From Eledone cirrhosa (lineage: Eukaryota), in assembly GCA_964016885.1 (NCBI GenBank), contig OZ024741.1, forward strand, positions 135,966,001 to 136,030,000: DNA of 64,000 nt, in the 5' to 3' direction. The notes below the pieces were generated by a model, which was not told the DNA's origin, did no database searches, and saw only the letters and a program-made list of their open reading frames with translations. This document shows positions 1-11,230 of this stretch, piece after piece. How positions within the stretch are numbered: the first letter of the stretch is position 1; the number at the start of each line of letters is the position of its first letter. The translations under genes were made by a program, and so were the position numbers.

Positions 1-1693
1 AAGTTTTCTACAAATTCGGAGAATATTTCCAGTTTATGTAGAAGCCTAATATACATTCATGTAAGAATATATTTAGGTGGGCGTTTATAAATCATCAGTG
101 GAAGCCCATTAAACTTTGATATAAGAAAAAAAATTTTCTTACCGTAGTTAAAAATCGTGTCTGTTAAGTTGCTCCCTCCCGCATCGAGTGACCGGCAAAT
201 TTGAAATTCCAGCAGTTTTTGACTGAGGAAGTATTATAGCGTCACTAAGCGGGAAGGGGAGACAATCACGATCCACGAAAGGAGAAAAAAAAATAATATA
301 CACGCGGGTTAAACAGTTTTTTCGAAAACATTATCAATCCACCGTGTTAAGAACTCAATTGAAATTAAAAAATAAATATATGCGTGTATAAATTACACAG
401 GCATATCGATATTTTCTTAGGCTAAATCAGAGGTTGTACCTGAATAAGAAACCGCATCTCGTAACCGTAGTAAATACGGAAAGTTATGTATTAAAGGGCA
501 AATGGGAATGTAAATCTCCGGCCGAATTAAGAGTAAAATATAAAACACACGCGGGTTAATTAGTTATTTCAAAACTAATATCAATTCCTCGTGTAAAGAA
601 CTCAATTAATTAAAAAAAATAAATGTATGCATGTAATTATATACATAGGCATATATATATTTTCTTAGGCTGAAAAACAGAGAAGTTACAACCAATAAAA
701 ACCACAATATCGCACAACAGTAATAAATACGGAAAGTCAAATTTATAAGGTACCTCGAAATAAACACCTCTGGCCAATCAAGAGTAAAATATTAATACAA
801 TAACAGAGATAGTTTAAAGCTAATCTCTGACTGGTAACCATCTCACTCAACAAACATTAGTTTATATTTTAATATAAACCCAATTTAAGTGTTTGGGGAG
901 CTAACAATATGTATTATGTGGAAAAGCCAGTTGTATTATTTTATGAGATATAATTAAAGTTAAAATATATCTCTCTTTCCAAACAATTGTTTCATTATAA
1001 GTTTTCTACAAATTCGGAGAATATTTCCAGTTTATGTAGAAGCCTAATATACATTCATGTAAGAATATATTTAGGTGGGCGTTTATAAATCATCATTGGA
1101 AGCCCATTAAACTTTGATATAAGAAAAAAAATTTTCTTACCGTAGTTAAAAATCGTGTCTGTTAAGTTGCTCCCTCCCGCATCGAGTGACCGGCAAATTT
1201 GAAATTCCAGCAGTTTTTGACTGAGGAAGTATTATAGCGTCACTAAGCGGGAAGGGGAGACAATCACGATCCACGAAAGGAGAAAAAAAAATAATATACA
1301 CGCGGGTTAAACAGTTTTTTCGAAAACATTATCAATCCACCGTGTTAAGAACTCAATTGAAATTAAAAAATAAATATATGCGTGTATAAATTACACAGGC
1401 ATATCGATATTTTCTTAGGCTAAATCAGAGGTTGTACCTGAATAAGAAACCGCATCTCGTAACCGTAGTAAATACGGAAAGTTATGTATTAAAGGGCAAA
1501 TGGGAATGTAAATCTCCGGCCGAATTAAGAGTAAAATATAAAACACACGCGGGTTAATTAGTTATTTCAAAACTAATATCAATTCCTCGTGTAAAGAACT
1601 CAATTAATTAAAAAAATAAATGTATGCATGTAATTATATACATAGGCATATATATATTTTCTTAGGCTGAAAAACAGAGAAGTTACAACCAAT
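1..1693 (-). repeat. 998-bp tandem repeat (1.7 copies visible, continues off the left edge), ORF-less, hammerhead-bearing; Penelope pLTR-derived or retrozyme-like
   Basis: 1..695 recurs almost exactly at 999..1693 and then breaks into (TA)n. It has an internal diverged ~247-bp subrepeat (cacgcgggtt at 301 and 548) and a hammerhead fold on the minus strand. Confidence 0.85.
977..1101 (-). ncRNA. type I hammerhead ribozyme fold with very long branched stem II (this copy C3A; the copy at 92..98 has intact CTGATGA)
   Basis: Minus strand reads ttcca-[A/C]TGATGA-T-ttataa...ttataa-T-GAAA-CAATTG-TT-tggaa: stem I ttcca/tggaa, palindromic stem III ACAATTGT, GUU triplet. Confidence 0.65.
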
Positions 1694-1751
<58 letters not shown>

Positions 1752-1984
1752 TTAGAAACACACAGATACATGCGGACACACACATACATACATGAATGCA
1801 TCCGCACCCAACTGTGAGTTAAGGGTGCCAACTTCACCGATGTTGCTCAATGAATGACTGGGACAGACCAATTCAGTTGAACCAGACTGAACCAGTATCA
1901 GAGTTAAAAATACATTATGAAGAGAGAAGAAACATTTAGATATAATTAGTAATAAAATGTATCATACCTAAACTGCTCCTAAAT

Positions 1985-2074
1985 TCCTCGACTACGTAGT
2001 TTCGTGGCATAAACAAAAACAATATATCATAAAGACATAGAGTCCTTGCGAGGTCTGCCGACTTATCAAGAGGA
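1985..2074 (-). ncRNA. type I hammerhead ribozyme, U3-A8 core variant
   Basis: Minus strand reads tcctc-TTGATAA-GTcGGCA...TGCCAC-GAAA-CTACGTAG-TC-gagga: stem I tcctc/gagga, stem II, palindromic stem III ACTACGTAGT, GUC triplet (cut between 1990 and 1989). Confidence 0.8.
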
Positions 2075-2579
2075 TACCTCATTTTACTAGTCTCAAGAAC
2101 GCGTCCACACGACGTGAGAAAGAATCCCAAAAGGCGGAAGGGGAGATAGTCACGCGATATAACGGTCGAGAAACAGAGCTAAGCCTCTTATAACCTCGAA
2201 GAAAATACCACGGAGGCGGAGGGGGTATTTATATCGAGGCCGCAGAAGAGGTGGTGAAGAAGGCGAGAAGTATGAGTAATGGAAGCTTTCCAGCTGTCCC
2301 CACACTTCAAAGATTGCTCGACCAGAGGGAGTTATTAACAATATATTTAGAAACACACAGATACATGCGGACACACACATACATACAGGAATGCATCCGC
2401 ACCCAACTGTGAGTTAAGGATGCCAACTTCACCGATGTTGCTCAATGAATGACTGGGACAGACCAATTCAGTTGAACCAGACTGAACCAGTATCAGAGTT
2501 AAAAATACATTATGAAGAGAGAAGAAACATTTAGATATAATTAGTAATAAAATGTATCATACCTAAACTGCTCCTAAAT

Positions 2580-2669
2580 TCCTCGACTACGTAGTTTCGT
2601 GGCATAAACAAAAACAATATATCATAAAGACATAGAGTCCTTGCGAGGTCTGCCGACTTATCAAGAGGA
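2580..2669 (-). ncRNA. type I hammerhead ribozyme, U3-A8 core variant (second tandem copy)
   Basis: Same sequence as 1985..2074, shifted by 595. Confidence 0.8.
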
Positions 2670-2820
2670 TACCTCATTTTACTAGTCTCAAGAACGCGTC
2701 CACACGACGTGAGAAAGAATCCCAAAAGGCGGAGGGGGAGATAGTCACGCGATATAACGGTCGAGAAACAGAGCTAAGCCTCTTATAACCTCGAAGAAAA
2801 TACCACGGAGGCGGAGGGGG

Positions 2821-2828
2821 TATTTATA
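2821..2828 (-). promoter_or_regulatory. putative TATA box in the 595-bp unit (also at 2226..2233)
   Basis: TATAAATA on the minus strand in GC-rich context (gcctcgaTATAAATAccccctccgcc), upstream of the hammerhead. Motif only, no expression evidence. Confidence 0.35.
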
Positions 2829-2859
2829 TCGAGGCCGCAGAAGAGGTGGTGAAGAAGGC

Positions 2860-2897
<38 letters not shown>

Positions 2898-2899
2898 CG

Positions 2900-2938
<39 letters not shown>

Positions 2939-2944
2939 TTGTAT

Positions 2945-3945
2945 AGGTCCGACACTCTATTTACTGTCAAGAACCATAATCTACGCAGGATCGAAATTCT
3001 TAATAGGCATTTACGTAGGTTTCTTCAAAACCTTTAGACTCACAATAACTCGAATATTATCATTGGATGGTGAACTTTATACTAAATATAACTAAGTAGA
3101 GGGTAATCTTAACATAATAATCAATAACATTCCTATACAAATTCTCCATATTGAGAATTTTATTGTGTTCATCAGAAAGGGTAAAAGGCGTAGACGAAAC
3201 ACTCCGTGGTTTAATCTAACCCGGGACTCAATGTAGCTTTTAATATACCTAAAATGTTCTTTAGTATTCTGGATAATAATTTTCCACAAATTCCATACAT
3301 TAATTAATAAAATACAGTTAAGTTGTCATTTTAACCCCCCCCCCCCTTCTACCGTAACTGATTATATAGCATTTAGCAAACACCATAAACTTTCTAAACT
3401 CCTTTACAAACAACATTCATACATTCAACGTAATCTACTTAATACCAATTCTACTATCATCAGTAATATTTCGGATATCAACACACTGAACCAGCCAGGC
3501 GCCATTAATGGGAATATCTCAAATCTTCCCGAAACTCTTACTTCTTTCTGTAACCTGGACTGTAACTGTAGAGTTCCAACTAATTATCCCCTGAACGGAT
3601 TCTGTCTAACAAATAATATTCAAGAACACAATACTCTACTAGTACATATATGGGAGCCACAGCATATCAATTTAAGACCTGATATAATTACCATTTATAC
3701 TCTTTTAAACACAATAAGCTTAAGAATACTACTTCTTTAGCAATGTATATGATTAGTCTAATTGGACCTAAAACTAGCAATAATCTCCAATGAAAAATAT
3801 TGGACAAATCTATTCCTTATAACGGCAATAAAGGGTCTTGTCGGTTATGTCTCTTGGAAGCATATTTCATAACAATATCGACGCCAAACCAATTGAATAG
3901 TAGAAATTAATTATTAATTAATTGTCCACATCACCTTTATAATTA
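2945..3945 (+). pseudogene. degenerate Penelope-like element, RT C-terminus and GIY-YIG remnant
   Basis: Manual translation across stops and frameshifts gives CNCRVPTNYPLNGFCL...YMGATAYQFK..YNYHLYSFK...CRLCLLE...LNSRN..CPH, collinear with the intact element at 50.8-51.3 kb. Confidence 0.8.
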
Positions 3946-4378
3946 GTATACGATCCCACTGTCTGGTCCCTCTGGTTCCCCTATATGTTTTAATAAATAT
4001 ATTAACGTGTGTGTATATAACTAGGGTTACGTGTATTTCTGGATGTGTGTGTGTATATATATATGGGAATGTATAAGTATGTGTAGGTATATGAATATGT
4101 ACATATGTACTTTATGTATGTAACTCTGTGTCTATAAGCATATGACCTTTGATATCTTTATAAGTGAGGATTCTCATTATCGACATATTTGAATGTATGT
4201 CTGCAATTCCCGGAATATTAGTATGTATATTCATAATATGAATATCAGTAATTATTTTGCTCTATGTTTATGTCTGCCTTTCCAACTCTTTCTAGTAAAT
4301 CTCCTTTTTCTTCAGATCTATATGATACGTAAACACATTGAACTAATTGTGAATACAAATGGTGGTTGTATACTATCA

Positions 4379-4615
4379 TATCCCAGTTTCATGGTGTGAA
4401 GCGACTGAGAGTATAAGACTCCGCCCTGGACAAGATGCCAGTCCATCGCAGAGTTAAACCCCCATCTATTGCTGGTACTCATCTTCAGCTGAGTATACTG
4501 GAGCAACGTGAAATGAAGTGTTTTTGCTCAAGAACACAACACGCAACCCAGGAATCGAACCCACGACATTATGATCGTAAGTCCAACACCCTTACCGCTA
4601 GGCCACGTGCCTCCA
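4379..4615 (-). mobile_element. tRNA-derived CORE-like SINE
   Basis: Minus strand has a tRNA-like head (tggcctagcggtaagg; gttcgattcc) followed by gtgttcttgagcaaaaacacttcatttcacg. Same family as 43731..43990. Confidence 0.8.
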
Positions 4616-4777
4616 CCGTCTGTTTGTATACATGAGTGGGTTTCTTTTGGGGAGATCTACTTCCATATTTAATCCTAAAACTGTTGATGTCAAAGTGTTC
4701 TTCTGTATAGACATCTTAGTGGGTGCATTTATATTTATATATATTTATATGTGTGAGAAAATACAATTCTAGATATA

Positions 4778-4994
4778 TGGAGGCGCGTGGTAATGTCGTG
4801 GATTCGATTCCTGGGTTGGGTTAATTGTTGTGTTCTTGAGCAAAACACTTCATTTCCTGTTCCTTCAGTATACTCAGCTGAAAATGAGTACCACCAATGG
4901 CTAGGGAGTTAACCTTCCGATAGACTAACTTTACGCCAGGGAAACTGTGGGATAAGCACCGGCCTGGTGAGCCTCCATGCTCGAAAAAGGATAA

Positions 4995-4995
<1 letters not shown>
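4778..4995 (+). mobile_element. tRNA-derived CORE-like SINE (internally deleted)
   Basis: ggaggcgcgtgg...ttcgattcctggg...ttcttgagcaaaacacttcattt...ggataagcaccggcc, matching the 4379 and 43731 copies. Confidence 0.75.
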
Positions 4996-5066
<71 letters not shown>

Positions 5067-5074
<8 letters not shown>

Positions 5075-5258
5075 TAAAATAACAGATTAAAGTTTAAGCA
5101 AAGAATTGCTGCCTTCACCCTTAACGGGATCAGCGATTCTTTGCTTAAACTTTAATCTGTTATTTTATTAAATATTTGCTCTACGGTTCTTAAAAATGTT
5201 ATATATATTTATCCTTATCGTGCCCTCTTTGGATTTTAGTCTTCAAATTTATTATTAT

Positions 5259-5262
<4 letters not shown>
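5067..5262. mobile_element. short inverted (two-ended) Penelope-pLTR-type insertion, family A
   Basis: Arms 5071..5111 and 5131..5170 are inverted, and the right arm continues ~90 nt to (TA)n. Same sequence as 9305..9875 and 27975..28100. Confidence 0.75.
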
Positions 5263-5309
<47 letters not shown>

Positions 5310-5330
5310 TCGAGAGAGAGATCGAGAGAG

Positions 5331-5385
<55 letters not shown>

Positions 5386-6238
5386 GGTAGATATGTCATA
5401 TTTTGGTTTCAATCTTTCTACGTTATTTCAATGATATTTCTTTTCTTTAGGATATTGTAAAATAATGAGTTGCCATCATCATAGTTTTGATGTAAATGAC
5501 ATCTCACAATACGCTACCACACCCTAATCACCCCGTCTCCTATCTCTCACAATATGCAGGCTGCCGCTTAACAAACACAACTACTCACACGTCATCATAG
5601 TTCGATCGCTCCACCCTCATAATACTCCACCATCACCTCATTATCGTACGTCCCGATGACCACCTCACTCTCATCATACGCCACTTCCACTGTTCATCAT
5701 ATGTTACACCCTCACCACCCTCACCTATACGCCACCACTACCCTACTTCCCTCATCATTGACTAGTAGAAACTTCAGTGTCATATTTCACAAAAATCTCC
5801 TCCTATAAATACAATAGGCCGGCGGTAGCATTCGTTTAATTATGAAACAAAATCCATTATATCGTATAGTGAAACCACTGTTTTAATCTTCTAGTGGAAG
5901 TCCGAAAATGCCTCTGCTAAATCAATCTCGTGAAACATATAGCCGAAACAGTTTGAAAACATAATGCAAGAAAAAGATGAAATTTTTACCTTGCAGTTAA
6001 ATAGGCAACATGTATGTTACTATTTTAATTATATGTCTTCTACCTGATTAATTACGTTTAAACAAGATTTTCCAGCGCCGGTCATGTTCATGTCGTGTCT
6101 GCAAGCCAGGGATGATTCAACAATTGTTAATAAAACAAACGTGATATTCGCTTTCTTTTCGCTATTTCCTTTCTTTCTTTATATGTTCTCTTTCTCTTTA
6201 TTTCTTCGTGTCTTTCTCTATTTCTCTCTCGTTTTCTC

Positions 6239-6240
<2 letters not shown>

Positions 6241-6327
<87 letters not shown>

Positions 6328-6370
6328 ATGTATATATATATATGTATGTATATGTATATATATGTACATG

Positions 6371-6451
<81 letters not shown>

Positions 6452-6460
6452 GTGTATATG

Positions 6461-6531
<71 letters not shown>

Positions 6532-6556
6532 GTGTGTATATATATATATATATGTG

Positions 6557-6615
<59 letters not shown>

Positions 6616-6636
6616 ATATATATATATATATGTATG

Positions 6637-6668
<32 letters not shown>
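6241..6668. repeat. compound (CA)n/(TA)n/(TG)n microsatellite
   Basis: Seen directly; it is the source of the spurious YI/HT/VC ORFs. Confidence 0.98.
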
Positions 6669-6980
6669 CTTCTCTATGTCTTTCTCTCGCTATTACTTTA
6701 TATGTATCTGTGTGTCGTTGTTTCTCAGTCTTTTTCTCTCTTTCTCTAAATCTTTATATGTATGAGTCTTTATTTTTTACTACTTCCGTGTTTCCCTCTC
6801 TTCTTCGTTATATGTTTTTGTGTGTCTTTCTCCATTTCTTTTATTTTCTATCGAAGAAGAAATTCATCAATGCAGAAGCCAGATGTATTAGAAAGTTGAG
6901 TTCATAATATTTGGTGTTCAGGGCAGAAGAAAAAGAAAAAGAGGAAAAAACATGGATGGTTGTTATTCGTGAAAGAATGA

Positions 6981-7105
6981 GTGGATGGATGGATGGATGG
7001 ATGGATGGATGAATGGAAGAAGGCAGAGTAGGTAGGAAATGATGCCAGTGAGAAGATTGGAGGAGACGACGACGAATGAATGAATAGAAAGAAAGTAAAC
7101 AATTA

Positions 7106-7173
<68 letters not shown>

Positions 7174-7237
7174 TAATGGTAATGATAATAATGATAGTAA
7201 TAATGATAATGATAATAATGATGATAATGATAATAAC
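6981..7237. repeat. (GGAT)n and (AAT)n/(GAT)n microsatellites
   Basis: Seen directly. Confidence 0.95.
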
Positions 7238-7866
7238 AAGAAAGATGTAGGGAAGAGACCAGGACAGCCATGCTGTGATTTCTCTTGAATTATTCATTAG
7301 TAACGGAAAAGGGAATATTAATTTTAAAAATATATAAATAAAGGATTCGATTCAAGTGTAGTACAGTGTAAATTGTAGACTGAAGCAAGAGTAGAAAGAA
7401 ATGATCGATGAAGGGAAAAACATTTTATGGTAACGAAATAAGTGATTAAGTTGAATACCTTAAAGAATTTTTCTTGCGAAAGAATTCTTATCAAATCACT
7501 AGCTTTGTTTTGTTTTGGTTTTCATTCTTTTTTCCGTCTCATTTTTGTAAAACAAGAAATTACACTAGAGAATTTCTACATAATAATACACTGATAACAA
7601 TGTTTTATTAAATGTAAATAATTTATGACAAATTATATTTCTGCAGAGAATGTTATGAATAGCCACTCTTGTTATCTGAGAATTCTACTACATATCGATT
7701 GATATTTGTGGGGTTTTACTTTTGTTTAGTCTTAGATATAATTTTATTAGAAAATTTAAATATCAGCGGCCATTTACTTGTATGGAGTTATATCGTAAAT
7801 GCATAGTGACACATACAAAATGACGCAAACACACACACGCACGCACGCGCGCGCACACACACACAC

Positions 7867-7970
<104 letters not shown>

Positions 7971-8241
7971 ACACACACCCACCCACAGACACACACACAC
8001 ACACACATATATATATATGTATATATATATATATAAATGTATACTTACACATACGCACAAGAACATATATATATATATTTATATCATGTGTAATATAGAA
8101 GTGGATTCTACAGACAAACTCTTTCATTCAAAAGAAATCATATAGAAGTCATTTCTATATTAAACATGATGTTTACACTCTGCTAATGTATTGAGTACCT
8201 TACTAAGTGTAGTTACACCCGATTGAACACGGAACTGACAT

Positions 8242-8303
<62 letters not shown>

Positions 8304-8339
8304 GAGAGAGAGAGAGTGAGAGAAAGAGAGAGAGAAAGA

Positions 8340-8403
<64 letters not shown>

Positions 8404-8506
8404 TGATGGTTGAGCCAGTGTAAGCATACAAGAGAAACTCCAGAAGAACAGAACTCTGACTAAGCATAATCCTAAATTTAACCCTAATCCAAATATACAA
8501 AAGTTC

Positions 8507-8990
8507 TCTTCTTCTTCTTCTTCTTCTTCTTCTTCTTCTTCTTCTTCTTCTTCTTCTTCGTCTTCTTCTTCTTCTTCTTCTTCTTCACCCAGTTATTTCT
8601 GTTAGTGTCGTGGGCGCAGAGTCCTCAAACACTCAAACTGGTCCAGCTGGATCCCCAAGTGAGACCAACTAAGTTCATGGATGTTATTCAACCATCTTGC
8701 TCGGGGTCTACCCCTGGGTCTCCTGTCGGTTGGTTTTGCCCGTAAAATATGTCCAGCGGTTCTTTCCTGACACATTCTAACCACATACCAATAGTATCGG
8801 AGCTGTGATTTGTCAATTCGGAGAAGTAGCGGCTCTACCTGGAACGACTCTCTAATCTCCGAGCTACGTACTCTATCGAGTAACGTTACTCTAAATAGCT
8901 TCAGAGGACAAGCATTTCGGCAGCTTGTATTCGCAATCGTATCCTTTCAGTCCTTACCCAAGATTCATGACCATAAGTAAGGAACGACAT
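8507..8990 (-). mobile_element. RTE-clade LINE 3' fragment with (GAA)n tail
   Basis: Minus-strand translation ...VVRMCQERTAGHILRAKPTDRRPRGRPRARW.. matches the typical RTE C-terminus. (CTT)n at 8507..8586 on plus corresponds to a (GAA)n tail. Confidence 0.8.
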
Positions 8991-9267
8991 CCATTGGAAA
9001 ATCCTCTATTACATATATAAACTCAAGTAAACACATATCTCACACATGCTCACACATACTTATACTCACACATACTTATACGTATACCAATACCGTGTGT
9101 TGGAAGATCGTCGTTTATGAAGACGTGTGTTCCCACTGTTTGCACAACGAATTAGACTATTTGTGAATTGAAATTAACGCACAGGGAACTAAGTATTCCA
9201 CAGACAGATGCACAACGTGGTTTTCTGGCAAATTCAGCGTCACACAGTGAGCTACTAAGGCGACACG

Positions 9268-9301
<34 letters not shown>

Positions 9302-9304
9302 TAT

Positions 9305-9875
9305 AGTAATAATAATAAATAGGAGACTAAAATACAAAGAGGGCTCGATGAGGATAAATATATATCAAATATATAAGAACCGTAGAGCAAATATTTATTA
9401 AAATAACAGATTAAAGTTTAAGCAAAGAATCGCTGCTTTCACCCTTAACGGGATCTTCTGAAACTAACAAAGTCAATCTGTAAACGCAGAAGTGGATAAT
9501 TAAAAAAAACGTTGCAACCGGAGGAAGACAGGAAGACGATACTTTGGTTCGTGGAAACGTTCCCTGGCAAAGAACAGGAAAAAACGAATATAATACGTCA
9601 TTATTTGTAGCGGTGAAAAACAATTACACGCAAAGACAGAACGTCGTAATTGTTTTTCACCGCTCCTATTAATGACGTATATATTCGTTTTTTCCCGTTC
9701 TTTGCCAGGGAACGTTTCCACGAACCAAAGTATCGTCTTCCTGTCTTCCTCCGGTTGCAACGTTTTTTGAAATATCCACTTCTGCGTTTACAGATTGACT
9801 TTGTTAGTTTCAGAAGATCCCGTTAAGGGTGAAAGCAGCGATTCTTAGCTTAAACTTTAATCTGTTATTTTAATA
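9305..9875. mobile_element. long inverted (two-ended) Penelope-pLTR-type insertion, family A
   Basis: ~230-bp inverted arms 9396..9627 and 9646..9875 with an 18-nt spacer. The left arm has an extra ~90-nt tail (9305..9395). (TA)n on both sides. Confidence 0.85.
9415..9465 (-). ncRNA. hammerhead-like fold with non-canonical U4A core (also 9806..9856 + and 28027..28076 +)
   Basis: agttt-CAGAAGA-T-CCC gttaa GGG-T-GAA-AGCA gcgattctt TGCT-T-aaact: stems I, II and III all pair; the core reads CAGAAGA instead of CTGANGA. Confidence 0.55.
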
Positions 9876-10912
9876 CATATATATATATATATATGTTTGT
9901 GCGTGTCGACGCAGCATGGCCATATTATTATTACCGTTGCATGACATTTTGGATATCTGTCAGTTATTTTATCTTCGGGTCAACCCATGCTTTGTTTGTG
10001 TAATTAGGTTGATGGAAACTACCTGCGAGCCAATCAGATCCCCAGTCTTTTCACACACAATCTCACGTAGAATTTCGCCGAGAATGACATTGAGTCTACA
10101 TTTGTGTGTGGAAAGTAGAGTTATAAGTTAAATTCAGGATCTGACTGTTCCGTTGATGGAACAACAGTAACATTCATCGTAAAAGCCGATGGAGGTCCAT
10201 CATTGATGTGTGCGTGTCAACTATAAAGCTATGATATAGACCATAGAAAAACTGTGCGCAGCAATTGTTGTTACTTTTAAGGCATTTCCATAAACACCAA
10301 TTCTTTGAGAATCTCTGATTGGAATAACGGGAAAAAAGAAACGAAATATATTCATTTACACGTTTTCCTATTATTGAAAGATTATGGCGATGGATCAATG
10401 ATATCTGTATGGATTCTGTGTGAATTCTGTGTGGAATCTGTGTGAATTCTGTGTGAAATCTGAGTGATTTCTGTGGCTATTTCATTGCGATATTGCATTT
10501 GTTCATCAAAAGAACTGCAGTCTCTTTGACGTTAAATAACATTTTACCGAGTATTAATGCAATATTTTTTTTTGTATTTCTGTCTGTAGTTATTATCGAA
10601 ATAACCATTCCTCACACCACGACCAATAACAACAACAACAACATCATATCAATATCATGGTCATACACCCAATACAACAACGTCTACCAGAACACAATTA
10701 TTACACCACTACCACCATACGATTAACGCCATTATCACCTTCACCACCAACATAAATACCACCAACGTCTACAGCACCAACAACAATAAGATCAGCAGCA
10801 CCATCACCAACACAAGCGCCAACTTTGGTTGAGTTATTATTTGTTATATTGATATGGGCACTTTTTCATCTCAAAGCAAACTTCTCGGAGATCGGAATGT
10901 TGACAGATGATG

Positions 10913-10913
<1 letters not shown>

Positions 10914-10968
<55 letters not shown>
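10914..10968. repeat. (AAT)n tract, 3' tail/target of Tx1-like element 1
   Basis: Directly abuts the element end ...aataaagaaatc on the minus strand. Confidence 0.95.
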
Positions 10969-10970
<2 letters not shown>

Positions 10971-11230
10971 TTTCTTTATTAACCACAAGGGTTTACATAA
11001 AGTAGACATTAAGGACAGTGCAGGACAATGCAGGACGGTACAAATGGGCATTTCTGCGTGTAAAAAAACAAAAACAGAGGATGTAACAAAAATAACAATG
11101 AAAATAACAATGAAAAATTCCCCAATAGGGGGGAGACTTCGGAGGGACATTTGTGGAGAAAGCCCAGTAAAAAGCCACAATGACCCTGACCACCAAGGCA
11201 AGTGCCCTCTCCCAGTTTTCCACCTTTAGT

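Larger units (their letters stand above)
1745..2863 (-). mobile_element. 595-bp tandem (1.9 copies) non-coding hammerhead element in (TA)n; retrozyme-like
   Basis: 1745.. recurs at 2340.. (period 595) with (TA)n on both sides. A third copy at 61709..62133 has the identical left end. No credible ORF. Confidence 0.85.

Noticed and set aside
5795-5830. cctataaata TATA-like box
   Set aside because: It is an isolated motif in AT-rich DNA with no associated gene or element that I could define.
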